A DNA stretch of 40,059 nt, taken from the NCBI GenBank assembly GCA_035297345.1, contig DATGZC010000033.1, positions 1 to 40,059 of the forward strand, written 5' to 3'. The notes beneath the pieces are model-generated. The model searched no databases and was not told the origin of the DNA. It saw only the letters and a list, made by a program, of their open reading frames with translations. Of the stretch, positions 1 through 7,391 are shown piece by piece. The stretch is from Candidatus Bathyarchaeia archaeon. Lineage in GTDB: Bacteria; Patescibacteriota; Minisyncoccia; Moranbacterales; UBA11712. The translations under genes were made by a program, and so were the position numbers. Position 1 is the stretch's first letter, and each line of letters starts with the position of its first letter.

Positions 1-375
1 GGATTCACGAGCGCGACGCTCGCCGTGAGTCCTTTCACCCTTTCGCGCTACGCGGACAGCCTGCTCACCCTCACCCCGGCGAGCCTTCCCTACGCCAAAA
101 AGAAATCGAAGAGCCGGCGGGAGACCTTGATCATCCAGAAATTCAACCTGGCCAAAAAAGCCAAAAAGAGCTGGGCGTCGGTCCGCGTGAACGGCCGGAA
201 GATGAAAGTTTCGAGCGTCAAAAATTCTGGTGCGAATCTCCGGATCAGATTCAAGCTCGTCTATGGAAAATGGGCGCAGGGAAATTATACTCTTGTCATG
301 AGCTACAAAAACAAGGTCAACAATGCTTGGGAAACCGGGGCCTTTACCGGTGACAACATCTTCACGGTATATTAA
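1..375 (+). CDS. 3' end of a hypothetical, beta-rich (possibly surface) protein; the 5' end lies outside the window
   Basis: Frame 1 is open from nt 1 to the TAA at 373-375, so the tracked start at 25 is an internal GTG. A strong terminator follows. No family recognised. Confidence 0.5.
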   Translation, partial: GFTSATLAVSPFTLSRYADSLLTLTPASLPYAKKKSKSRRETLIIQKFNLAKKAKKSWASVRVNGRKMKVSSVKNSGANLRIRFKLVYGKWAQGNYTLVMSYKNKVNNAWETGAFTGDNIFTVY

Positions 376-402
376 TATTTACGAACTGAACTGTCAGCCA
401 AA

Positions 403-437
403 AGGCCTCGGGTGTTCCAGTCCCGAGGCTTTTTTTG
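403..437 (+). terminator. Rho-independent terminator
   Basis: Stem GCCTCGGG (405-412) pairs with CCCGAGGC (422-429), followed by T7 (430-436). Confidence 0.75.
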
Positions 438-496
438 GGCGCGCGGATTTTTCGGCATTTGCGTAGTAATAGAAAACAACAGCGAGGAGGCATTTT

Positions 497-877
497 ATGG
501 ACCTTGAAAAGATAAGCTTATTGCGCAGATACGGCCGTGAGAAACAGATCCGGAAATTTTTCGCCGAAAAACTGGCCGAAGAGCCGTATGCCGAGCATAT
601 CATCCGGGCGTATCTGGTCTGTCCGTCGCACGGGAAGAAGGATTTGGCGGCGCTTCTCAAGACGCCGCTTGAGGTCATCTTTGAGCACGTCTGCGGAGAG
701 GAAAAATGCGAAACCTGCGCGGCGCTTCTTGAAAACAGCAAGAAGGTGCTCAAATATTTTTGCGACCCGATCAAAAGGAACGGACGGACGGTGTGGATAC
801 CCAAGTGGCGCCTGGAAGCGAGCGACGCGGCCCGCTATTTGGTCAATCATCGGCGGCCCTGGGCGATCATTTTCTGA
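497..877 (+). CDS. Hypothetical protein (126 aa, several Cys)
   Basis: ATG is preceded by GAGGAGG at 485-491. A terminator lies downstream. The overlapping ORFs in other frames look like shadow ORFs. Confidence 0.6.
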   Translation: MDLEKISLLRRYGREKQIRKFFAEKLAEEPYAEHIIRAYLVCPSHGKKDLAALLKTPLEVIFEHVCGEEKCETCAALLENSKKVLKYFCDPIKRNGRTVWIPKWRLEASDAARYLVNHRRPWAIIF

Positions 878-916
878 AATTGAAAAGGCGACGGTAAAAA
901 CAATCAGCAATCCCCC

Positions 917-950
917 GGCTTGGACAGCGTCTCCAAGCCTTTTTCTTTTT
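917..950 (+). terminator. Rho-independent terminator
   Basis: GGCTTGGA (917-924) pairs with TCCAAGCC (932-939), followed by a T-rich run (940-950). Confidence 0.65.
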
Positions 951-952
951 TG

Positions 953-976
953 AAAGGCGCCGCGAGGGGCGCCTTT
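953..976 (-). terminator. Hairpin immediately 3' of the gam-like gene (convergent terminator pair)
   Basis: AAAGGCGCC (953-961) pairs with GGCGCCTTT (968-976). It starts 4 nt after the stop of the minus-strand gene at 980. Confidence 0.5.
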
Positions 977-979
977 TTC

Positions 980-1531
980 CTATCCGGTCCACGGGTATTT
1001 CAGTGTCTTCAGCGTGATCGGATATTCGCCGTGGTCCGTGACTATCTTGAAGACATGCTTCTTCACGAAATCAAACAGGCCGAGCTTGTCCGTTTCTGGA
1101 ATGTCTTTTTTGATGGCGTTCTTGTTGAGCTCGGGATCCGGAAAGCGCAGAAGGTCGTTGAGGCCTTTGGCTTTGAGAGCCTCCACCACCTCTTTCTCCG
1201 GTTTTCTGCATCTCACTTCCGGCTGGGTCAGATACCACTTGAGAACGGTTTGGGCCGGCGCCAGTTCGACCGACTTTCTTTTGCCGTGCTCGGTGAGCGT
1301 CTCAAAGTTCTGCTGGGCATAGGCGAGAACCAGCCGCGCCGTTTTTTCAAGCTCTGCCGTTTCCGTGTCGATTTCCCGCTGGGCGCAGGTCTTGATTTCT
1401 TCAAGATCAGCGTCCCGTTGCGCTTCGATTTGAGAAATTTTCAGCTGTTTCTCCCGGAAATCCTTGAGAAGCGCTTCAAGATCATGGACAGGCTGGGCAT
1501 TGCCAGCTGTTGTTTTTGCGAATTTGGCCAT
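980..1531 (-). CDS. gam: Host-nuclease inhibitor Gam family protein (phage Mu Gam-like)
   Basis: AGGAGG RBS sits 7 nt upstream of the ATG. The N-terminus is coiled-coil, followed by ...TEHGKRKSVELA...P.V......VVEALKAKGL...R......NKNAI. By eye this aligns with Mu Gam (NGGKVKTANL...VMETLERLGL...INKEAI). Confidence 0.72.
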   Translation of the reverse strand: MAKFAKTTAGNAQPVHDLEALLKDFREKQLKISQIEAQRDADLEEIKTCAQREIDTETAELEKTARLVLAYAQQNFETLTEHGKRKSVELAPAQTVLKWYLTQPEVRCRKPEKEVVEALKAKGLNDLLRFPDPELNKNAIKKDIPETDKLGLFDFVKKHVFKIVTDHGEYPITLKTLKYPWTG

Positions 1532-1614
1532 GGAGGCCCTCCTTTTGGTTTTCTCAATATTATTACTTCCCTGTCCATCCGGACTTTCATCAAAAGGAAA
1601 ATTGACAGTCGCCC

Positions 1615-1646
1615 AGCCCCGGCTTTTTCAAGCGGGGCTTTTTTTC
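1615..1646 (+). terminator. Terminator-like hairpin plus T-run with no plus-strand gene directly upstream (cassette boundary?)
   Basis: AGCCCCG (1615-1621) pairs with CGGGGCT (1633-1639), then T8. It has the same GGGCTTTTT..CTTGAAAAAA architecture as 2327-2362. Confidence 0.35.
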
Positions 1647-1675
1647 TTGAAAAAATAGGCGCTTTGGCGTAAGCT
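1647..1675 (+). promoter_or_regulatory. Sigma70-like promoter for the 1710 gene
   Basis: TTGAAA (1647-1652), N17, TAAGCT (1670-1675). Confidence 0.45.
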
Positions 1676-1709
1676 GGAAGCAGACAACCAGAAGAGGAGG
1701 GGAGAAAAA

Positions 1710-2285
1710 ATGGCTATATTTTTGGCGCCGGCCGGGCATATCCCGAAAACCCAGCAGTTCTTCCAACAACGAGAAGAAATCAAAAAGGCCGAGGCCGCGA
1801 TCGGCAAGGTCGACGGCTTCATCAACCCTCTTTGTGATTCCGTCGGACGCTATTGCATCAAAAAGGCTGCCGGCTTGATCAGCGAAAACACGGTTTGGCG
1901 GGGGAACGGAAATACCGATCCCCGCTCCTTTACGTATCAAACAGCCAAAAGCCTGATCCTTTCGAAAAATTTTGGGATGACCAAAATCCGCAGCTACACT
2001 TCCTTTTGCTTCTATATTAAAAGTTTTTTGCGGGCAAAAGGGTTTTCTGAGCTGCCCCACGACTACCAAGGGATCGGCGCCGACTATTTTGAGCACATGC
2101 CGGCCTTCCTGCGTCTTCTGTGGGAGCTGGCGGATCTTGCCAAGGGGCGGCGCCTTGAGATGATGGGGGGGATCCGGCTCAAAAAAGATTTTATCGACAA
2201 ATGCGTCGGCCAATTCATCGCTCATTTCTTCTGGTTTATGGTCCACGCCGGGAAATTCCCGCGAGAAAACTATCGGTTTCACTGA
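1710..2285 (+). CDS. Hypothetical protein (191 aa)
   Basis: Strong GAGGAGGGGAG RBS lies upstream of the ATG. A promoter motif precedes it and a terminator follows. The longer minus-strand ORF 1590..2369 has no RBS and a shadow-like composition. Confidence 0.55.
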   Translation: MAIFLAPAGHIPKTQQFFQQREEIKKAEAAIGKVDGFINPLCDSVGRYCIKKAAGLISENTVWRGNGNTDPRSFTYQTAKSLILSKNFGMTKIRSYTSFCFYIKSFLRAKGFSELPHDYQGIGADYFEHMPAFLRLLWELADLAKGRRLEMMGGIRLKKDFIDKCVGQFIAHFFWFMVHAGKFPRENYRFH

Positions 2286-2326
2286 CACTGTCCCTGCCAT
2301 CTTGGAGCCAAGACGCTCCGCCGCAA

Positions 2327-2352
2327 AGCCCTGCCAACTGGTAGGGCTTTTT
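2327..2352 (+). terminator. Rho-independent terminator
   Basis: AGCCCT (2327-2332) pairs with AGGGCT (2343-2348), then T5. Confidence 0.5.
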
Positions 2353-2353
2353 C

Positions 2354-2382
2354 TTGAAAAAACGGGCAAAGAGGAGTAGGAT
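2354..2382 (+). promoter_or_regulatory. Sigma70-like promoter for the AbrB-like gene
   Basis: TTGAAA (2354-2359), N17, TAGGAT (2377-2382). Confidence 0.45.
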
Positions 2383-2387
2383 GAAGG

Positions 2388-2418
2388 TACTTACATAAAT
2401 ACTTACCCCCATACTTAC
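2388..2418 (+). promoter_or_regulatory. Three direct TACTTAC repeats at exact 12-nt spacing (candidate operator)
   Basis: TACTTAC occurs at 2388, 2400 and 2412. The third copy abuts the ATG at 2419. Confidence 0.4.
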
Positions 2419-2586
2419 ATGAAACTCGTCGACAAAAACATTCGAAAAATCACCCGGGTGGGGAGATGCAGCCTGGCCGTGACGCTCCCGGTCGAAATTG
2501 CCCGCGAACTCGGCTGGCGCGAGAAGCAAAAAGTGGTCGTGAAGCGCGTCAAAGGCGGCATGATGATCAAGGATTGGAAAAAATAA
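2419..2586 (+). CDS. AbrB/MazE/SpoVT-type DNA-binding protein (55 aa; below the ORF-track cutoff)
   Basis: My own translation is MKLVDKNIRKITRVGRCSLAVTLPVEIARELGWREKQKVVVKRVKGGMMIKDWKK. This is the typical swapped-hairpin pattern (sl.vtlP.eia.elg...g..v.v). Confidence 0.6.
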   Translation: MKLVDKNIRKITRVGRCSLAVTLPVEIARELGWREKQKVVVKRVKGGMMIKDWKK

Positions 2587-2593
2587 TTATGAA

Positions 2594-2731
2594 AAGCAGA
2601 TTGTTGTCGTCCACGGCGGGGATTCATTCGAGACATACGAAAAATTTTTGAACTCCCTCAAAAATTGGGAAGTCTCGCTTGATTCATTCCTGCCCAAATA
2701 CGAAGCGTTGGCGGTGCCTTTGGGAAAATAA
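2594..2731 (+). pseudogene. N-terminal fragment of an unidentified protein (possibly alpha/beta-hydrolase-like), frameshifted at its start and truncated
   Basis: The frame-2 reading is KQIVVVHGGDSFETYEKFLNSLKNWEVSLDSFLPKYEALAVPLGK* and has no start codon. The ATG at 2589 is one base out of frame across an A-run. The reading is only about 46 codons. Confidence 0.3.
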
Positions 2732-2736
2732 AAAAT

Positions 2737-2820
2737 ATGAAAAATTCATTCATCTGGTATCAATCATTGATCAAGCCCTCTTGGGCGCCGCCGGCCTGGA
2801 TGTTCGGCCCGGTGTTCTGA
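2737..2820 (+). pseudogene. TspO/MBR family N-terminal remnant (27 codons)
   Basis: MKNSFIWYQSLIKPSWAPPAWMFGPVF* matches the conserved TspO N-terminal motif WY..L.KPs..PP.W.FGPVW. It then stops, whereas full-length TspO proteins are about 150-160 aa. Confidence 0.55.
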
Positions 2821-2866
2821 ATTGGCGATCATAATCTTTCCGAAGCTAAATTTTTGGAAAAAAATT

Positions 2867-3172
2867 ATGAATACAGTTGAACACTATGGGGAGGAAAAGA
2901 AAAAAGTGAATGAAGTTTTGGAAAGCAAAACCATTGAGCGACAGAGGCGGCTTGATGCGGTGGAATCCTTTCTCAAGGGACAGGAATCCGGCGGCGTGAG
3001 CCGGGATGAGCTTTTGGAATATTATTTCAAGAAGTACAAGGATATTCTCGAAAGCCAGCTTGTCGAAGGGATGAAAACAGCGGAAAGGCTGGAGTTGTTG
3101 AAGGATATTATATATAAGCACGAGATTCTTCACGAGGAAGCAGAAAATCTGGGCATGAAAAAAGCCGCCTAA
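2867..3172 (+). CDS. Hypothetical helical protein (101 aa from ATG 2867)
   Basis: The ORF 2822..3172 begins at a TTG. ATG 2867 is the more plausible start. The sequence is charged and helical, with no family recognised. Confidence 0.45.
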   Translation: MNTVEHYGEEKKKVNEVLESKTIERQRRLDAVESFLKGQESGGVSRDELLEYYFKKYKDILESQLVEGMKTAERLELLKDIIYKHEILHEEAENLGMKKAA

Positions 3173-3346
3173 CGCGCGAACGCCGCCCGGCGAGTGCGGA
3201 AAGCTTATAATTAGGGCACAAAATCTATGGGGAAAACGCCGGCCGGGGAATGAGTACCATTTGACAAAACGAGCCGGCAAGAGTAGTTTGATTAGTCCTT
3301 TAACATAGCGGACCGTGAAATTTTCATCAGAAAGGAGGAGGATTTT

Positions 3347-3829
3347 ATGGATGGAATCCCTGGCCAAACCAAAAATTTGCCGACCTTGGAAGAATTGCAA
3401 GAGGCGGCGAAGAGTCCCGACTACTTTCATTTTGTCGGCCTGTATGACCCCTTTCAACCGGGGGTGCGGCTCCTTTTTGCTCTCCTTCAAAATGCGCATT
3501 ATCCTCCTGAAACGCCGCGCGGTGAAAAGCTCATCGTGGTCATAATCGAATGGGTCGGGCAAAAGTGGGTGATCATCAGCCTCCCACGGGCCGAAGTAAA
3601 CTTTCTTGAAGAGATTGCGCCCCGATGCGAACTTCAAGTGGATCAAGGCGGCCCGCAGCTGGGAAACGAGGATTTTCCCATAAAGGGAAATGGAAGCAAT
3701 GTGTTCACCCTGATGACTCCGCTTGATCATCTCTTGTTGTGCGGAGACGACGGACAAATCAGCGCCATGATTCACCGAGAATTTTTTCAGGTTTTGGCCC
3801 TGGACAAGGGCTGGAAAAACCGGAACTGA
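3347..3829 (+). CDS. Hypothetical protein (160 aa)
   Basis: Very strong AGGAGGAGG RBS lies directly upstream. The 309-aa minus-strand ORF covering it is a shadow ORF. Confidence 0.6.
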   Translation: MDGIPGQTKNLPTLEELQEAAKSPDYFHFVGLYDPFQPGVRLLFALLQNAHYPPETPRGEKLIVVIIEWVGQKWVIISLPRAEVNFLEEIAPRCELQVDQGGPQLGNEDFPIKGNGSNVFTLMTPLDHLLLCGDDGQISAMIHREFFQVLALDKGWKNRN

Positions 3830-4074
3830 TCCGGTTTGTCGTGAAACAGCTTCGGGCAGGCGAGCGGCATTGCCGTTTCGTCTGCCCCTCCAGTTCGAAA
3901 GAGCTGGTTTTTGTTTGCAGAAAGCTTATAATTATCGCCTATGTCGAGCATCGCCACTGGCGGAGATTTTCAGAGAAATAAGTCCATTTTGGGCAGAGTG
4001 AAATAATATTCGGCCGGGGACGTACTATGTTTTTGTGCCCATGGGCTATAATTTTTATCTAAAATCGAATAAAA

Positions 4075-4836
4075 ATGAATAATTTTGCCAAACAGGCGGT
4101 GATTGTCTTTGCCGTCTTTTTTTGTACGGCGGGAATATCAGCCAGCAGTAAGACCGAGCTGGACTGGAGCAAATCCGCCGGAGGGATCAATGAAAATCTG
4201 GCCGTGGCGTCCCTGACGCCTTCCCAGGCCGCGCGCCAGGCGCAGAGCCGGTATTTGAGCAAAGGAAAAAAAATTGCCCTTCAGGCCGGCCATTGGGAAA
4301 ACGACGATCTGCCCGCCGAGCAGGTTCTGCTCAGAAAGTATAAAGGAGCGGAGGCCGGCGGAAAAACAGAATGGGCCGTGAATCTTTCGATCGCCCGGCA
4401 GACGAAGAAGCTTCTGGAGCGGCAAGGATACGAAGTCGAAATCTTGCCGGCCACGGTGCCGGTCGGCTATTCGGCCGACGCTTTCATCGCCATCCACGCG
4501 GACGGGAGTCTCAAGCCCAGCTCCTCCGGATTCAAAGTCTCCCCGCCGGCTTTCGGTTCGAACGAAAATAGCGTGAAGCTGTCCGGCGAGCTGGAAAAAA
4601 GCTACGGCACTGCCACGAAGATCAAAAATGATCCCAATGTGACCGGCAACATGCGCTACTATTATGCCTTCAACTATCGCTCGTTCAAACACGCTATTGA
4701 TCCCAAGACGCCGGCGGCCATCCTCGAAACGGGATATTTGACGGGGCAGTCTGACCGCGACGTGATTGTCGACCATCCGGAAGTCGCGGCGACAGGCATT
4801 GCCACGGCGGTCGAGAAATATTTTGGCAACGCTTAG
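4075..4836 (+). CDS. N-acetylmuramoyl-L-alanine amidase (Amidase_3 family), secreted
   Basis: Signal peptide is present. Motifs IALQAGH...E...AIHADG match the zinc ligand pattern. TATAAT lies at 4047-4052. Confidence 0.85.
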   Translation: MNNFAKQAVIVFAVFFCTAGISASSKTELDWSKSAGGINENLAVASLTPSQAARQAQSRYLSKGKKIALQAGHWENDDLPAEQVLLRKYKGAEAGGKTEWAVNLSIARQTKKLLERQGYEVEILPATVPVGYSADAFIAIHADGSLKPSSSGFKVSPPAFGSNENSVKLSGELEKSYGTATKIKNDPNVTGNMRYYYAFNYRSFKHAIDPKTPAAILETGYLTGQSDRDVIVDHPEVAATGIATAVEKYFGNA

Positions 4837-5018
4837 CTTAGCATCGCCCGGAAATCTGACATAATTGTTTTGACTTTCAGTACTAATTTAAAGAGGCCAA
4901 GTTTTGCCTCTTGTCATATGGGCTCAAAGAAATGTTCAAATGCGTGTCCTAACCCCCCTTCCCATGGAACTGGACAACTCCCCCCGCAAGAGACGCTTCT
5001 TTGGGCCCGCTTTTTTTG

Positions 5019-5040
5019 CCAGCCGCCGGGGCTGGTTTTT
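5019..5040 (+). terminator. Hairpin plus T5 in the long amidase/CAP spacer
   Basis: CCAGCC (5019-5024) pairs with GGCTGG (5030-5035), then TTTTT. Confidence 0.4.
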
Positions 5041-5073
5041 GGCCAGGCCTAAAGGTATAATGAGAATACTATT

Positions 5074-5943
5074 ATGCGAAAAAGAATAATATTTTATGGA
5101 TTTTTGATTTTTTTGGCTGCTGGGATTTTCTATTACCGGCCATATTTTGAAAATCTGTATCTGTTGTCCAAAGAAAGGATCGAAGAGTTGGGACTCAACC
5201 CGCTCTCGTCAGTCCACCAAACGGCGCAAAAAATTGTGTCTGCGCCGCCGCCTCTCACGTCCGCCGAAGATTCAGCCGGAGCGCACCTCACCCAAAAAGG
5301 CGTCATCGGCCTCACGAATGACGAAAGGAAAAACAACGGCCGGAAACCGCTCCGCGAAAATTCCGAACTCCATGCCGCCGCCGAAAAAAAAGCGCAGGAC
5401 ATCCTGGCCAAGCAATATTTCGCCCATGAGACTCCCGACGGAAAGGGGCCGGAATATTTTGTGAGTTCGGCCGGCTACAGCTACATCATGATCGGCGAAA
5501 ACCTGGCTCTCGGGAATTTTGCCGATGACAGGGCGCTCGTCGCCGGCTGGATGGCCAGTCCCGGCCATCGGGAAAATATTCTCCGGCCTCAATTTCAGGA
5601 AATCGGAGTGGCGGTCGCCAGAGGGGACTATGAAGGGAAAACGACCTGGGTGGCTGTCCAAGAATTCGGAGCGCCGTCCTCGATCTGCCCCGCGGCCGAC
5701 GCCGGCCTCAAGACGAGCATCGACGCAAAGACAAAAGAAATCGACGATCTGGCCAAGGAGCTCAAAGACAGGAAGGGTGAAATGAACAACATGAGCGCAA
5801 GGAGCTTGGCTGATGGCGAAGCGATCGAGGAATACAATATTCTCGTGAGTCAATACAAAGCGCTGGCCGCCAAAACGAAAACGCTCATCCAAAAATACAA
5901 CGCCGAGGTCGAAACCTTCAACAACTGCGTGAAAAATTTTTGA
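5074..5943 (+). CDS. CAP/SCP/PR1-like (YkwD-type) domain protein with N-terminal TM anchor and C-terminal coiled coil
   Basis: Motifs LTNDERKNNGRKPL...ELHAAAEKKAQDI...FAHE...GENLA...WMASPGHRENIL. TATAAT lies at 5055-5060. Confidence 0.8.
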   Translation: MRKRIIFYGFLIFLAAGIFYYRPYFENLYLLSKERIEELGLNPLSSVHQTAQKIVSAPPPLTSAEDSAGAHLTQKGVIGLTNDERKNNGRKPLRENSELHAAAEKKAQDILAKQYFAHETPDGKGPEYFVSSAGYSYIMIGENLALGNFADDRALVAGWMASPGHRENILRPQFQEIGVAVARGDYEGKTTWVAVQEFGAPSSICPAADAGLKTSIDAKTKEIDDLAKELKDRKGEMNNMSARSLADGEAIEEYNILVSQYKALAAKTKTLIQKYNAEVETFNNCVKNF

Positions 5944-5947
5944 TTTT

Positions 5948-6328
5948 ATGCGCGTTTCCAAAGATCAATTTGAAAAATGGGTGGCCGAAGCCGTCGACGG
6001 CGTTCCCGAAAAATTCCGAAAGAGGATTCACAATTTGGCCTTTTTCGTCGAAGATCGGCCGACCAAAGAGCAGCTGAAAAAAGCGCGGCTCGCGGGAAGA
6101 AAAGATACCTTGCTCTTCGGACTCTATGAAGGCTATTACCAATCCAAGCGTCTCGACTTGGGACCGGTATTTCCGGACCGGATCACGCTTTTCAAAAAAT
6201 CTCTGGAGAGTTTTTGCCAGACGAGAGAAGAGCTGAGAAGGCAGATTGCGAGCACCGTGCGGCACGAAATCGCCCATCATTTCGGCTCGGATGAAGCGGG
6301 GGCGCAAAAAGCGGGGAAAAGAAAATAA
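5948..6328 (+). CDS. Minimal zincin metallopeptidase family protein (DUF1025-like)
   Basis: HEIAHHFG (HExxH) lies near the C-terminus, with LLFGLYEGY upstream. Size is about 126 aa. Confidence 0.75.
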   Translation: MRVSKDQFEKWVAEAVDGVPEKFRKRIHNLAFFVEDRPTKEQLKKARLAGRKDTLLFGLYEGYYQSKRLDLGPVFPDRITLFKKSLESFCQTREELRRQIASTVRHEIAHHFGSDEAGAQKAGKRK

Positions 6329-6352
6329 GCAAATAATAAGCTGATCAAAACT

Positions 6353-7093
6353 ATGCAAAACGAGGAAATAAAAGAGATTGTCCGGGAGAGTTATTCCAAA
6401 ATTGCCAAATCTGCGGGATGCGGCTGCTGCGGAGGCCAAAAATCCGGAGAAAAAATTGCCGAGGAAATCGGCTACTCAAAAGAAGAGATCGCGCGCTTCA
6501 CGGAGGCCAATCTCGGGCTCGGCTGCGGCAATCCGACGGCGATGGCGGAAATCAGGGCGGGAGACGCGGTGCTCGATTTGGGATCCGGTGCCGGCTTTGA
6601 TTGTTTTTTGGCGGCAGTCCGGACGGGCGAGAGCGGAAAAGTGGTCGGCGTCGACATGACTGCCGAGATGATTGAAAAGGCGCGAGCGAACGCCGAGAAA
6701 TACGGATACAAAAACATCGAATTCAAATTGGGGGATATCGAAGCTTTGCCGGTTGAGAACAATTCTTTTGACATCGTGATCAGCAATTGCGTGATCAACT
6801 TGGCGCCGGACAAAGAGAAAGTTTTCCGGGAGTCCTGGCGAGCTTTGAAGCCCGGCGGAAAAATGTTTGTGTCTGATATTGTTCTTCTTGAAGAACTGCC
6901 GGAAGAATTGAAAAAAGACAAAGCGCTTCTCTCCGGTTGCGTGGCGGGGGCACTCATGAAAGAGGACTATATCCATAAGATGAAAGAGGCTGGTTTCGAA
7001 ATAGAGATCCTTGCGGAAGACAAAGACATCAGCAAAAAACAATATGCCGACAAACCGCTCGAAAGTTTGAAGGTCAAGGCGACGAAAAAATAG
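6353..7093 (+). CDS. arsM: Arsenite S-adenosylmethionine methyltransferase
   Basis: Cys cluster CGCCGG, motif GLGCGNP, SAM motif [11 protein letters not shown], and SGCVAGA. Confidence 0.85.
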   Translation: MQNEEIKEIVRESYSKIAKSAGCGCCGGQKSGEKIAEEIGYSKEEIARFTEANLGLGCGNPTAMAEIRAGDAVLDLGSGAGFDCFLAAVRTGESGKVVGVDMTAEMIEKARANAEKYGYKNIEFKLGDIEALPVENNSFDIVISNCVINLAPDKEKVFRESWRALKPGGKMFVSDIVLLEELPEELKKDKALLSGCVAGALMKEDYIHKMKEAGFEIEILAEDKDISKKQYADKPLESLKVKATKK

Positions 7094-7094
7094 T

Positions 7095-7388
7095 ATGAAA
7101 AATATCCAGGATATTCTCAAAAGAAAAGCGTCGCCCGCCAAAGGCAGGCTGGTGCGAGAGCTTGATGAAAAAACCATCGGGCGGGTCTTTTTGGAGGCGG
7201 CGAAGGCGGAGATCAAAAATCTCGAGGACGAAGATATCCGCGAGATGAAAAACAAAGAAAAAATTCTTTATATCAAAACAGCCCACCCGGTGATTTCGAG
7301 CGAGCTGTTTCTTCGCCGTGAAAATATATTGAAGAGAACAAATGAAATTGCGGGCACAAAGGCTGTTGAGAAAATATTGATCGGATAG
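7095..7388 (+). CDS. DUF721 (DciA-like) family protein
   Basis: 97 aa. LYIKTAHPVISSELFLRRENILKRTNE resembles the DUF721 core. The start is adjacent to the arsM stop. Confidence 0.55.
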   Translation: MKNIQDILKRKASPAKGRLVRELDEKTIGRVFLEAAKAEIKNLEDEDIREMKNKEKILYIKTAHPVISSELFLRRENILKRTNEIAGTKAVEKILIG

Positions 7389-7391
7389 CCG

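Noticed and set aside
920-2369. Plus ORF 920..1672 and minus ORF 1590..2369
   Set aside because: These are mirror ORFs of the Gam-like gene and of the 1710..2285 gene. The partner ORFs have RBSs, flanking terminators and promoters, or recognisable homology, and these do not.
2846-3775. 309-aa minus-strand ORF, the longest ORF in this region
   Set aside because: It lies antisense to two plus-strand genes that have strong AGGAGG ribosome-binding sites. It has no RBS, its composition is shadow-like (rich in F/L/K/I from antisense codons), and I recognise no family.
4555-4563. GGTTCGAAC (T-loop-like) as a hint of a tRNA gene
   Set aside because: It lies inside the well-supported amidase CDS and has no acceptor or anticodon stems around it. 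I found no convincing tRNA elsewhere in the window.
4837-5073. Long amidase/CAP spacer as a second ncRNA
   Set aside because: It contains only short, weak hairpins (AGAGGC/GCCTCT and CCAGCC/GGCTGG+T5). There is no promoter motif or long-range helix comparable to the 26.3-26.5 kb element. I note it here but cannot support it.
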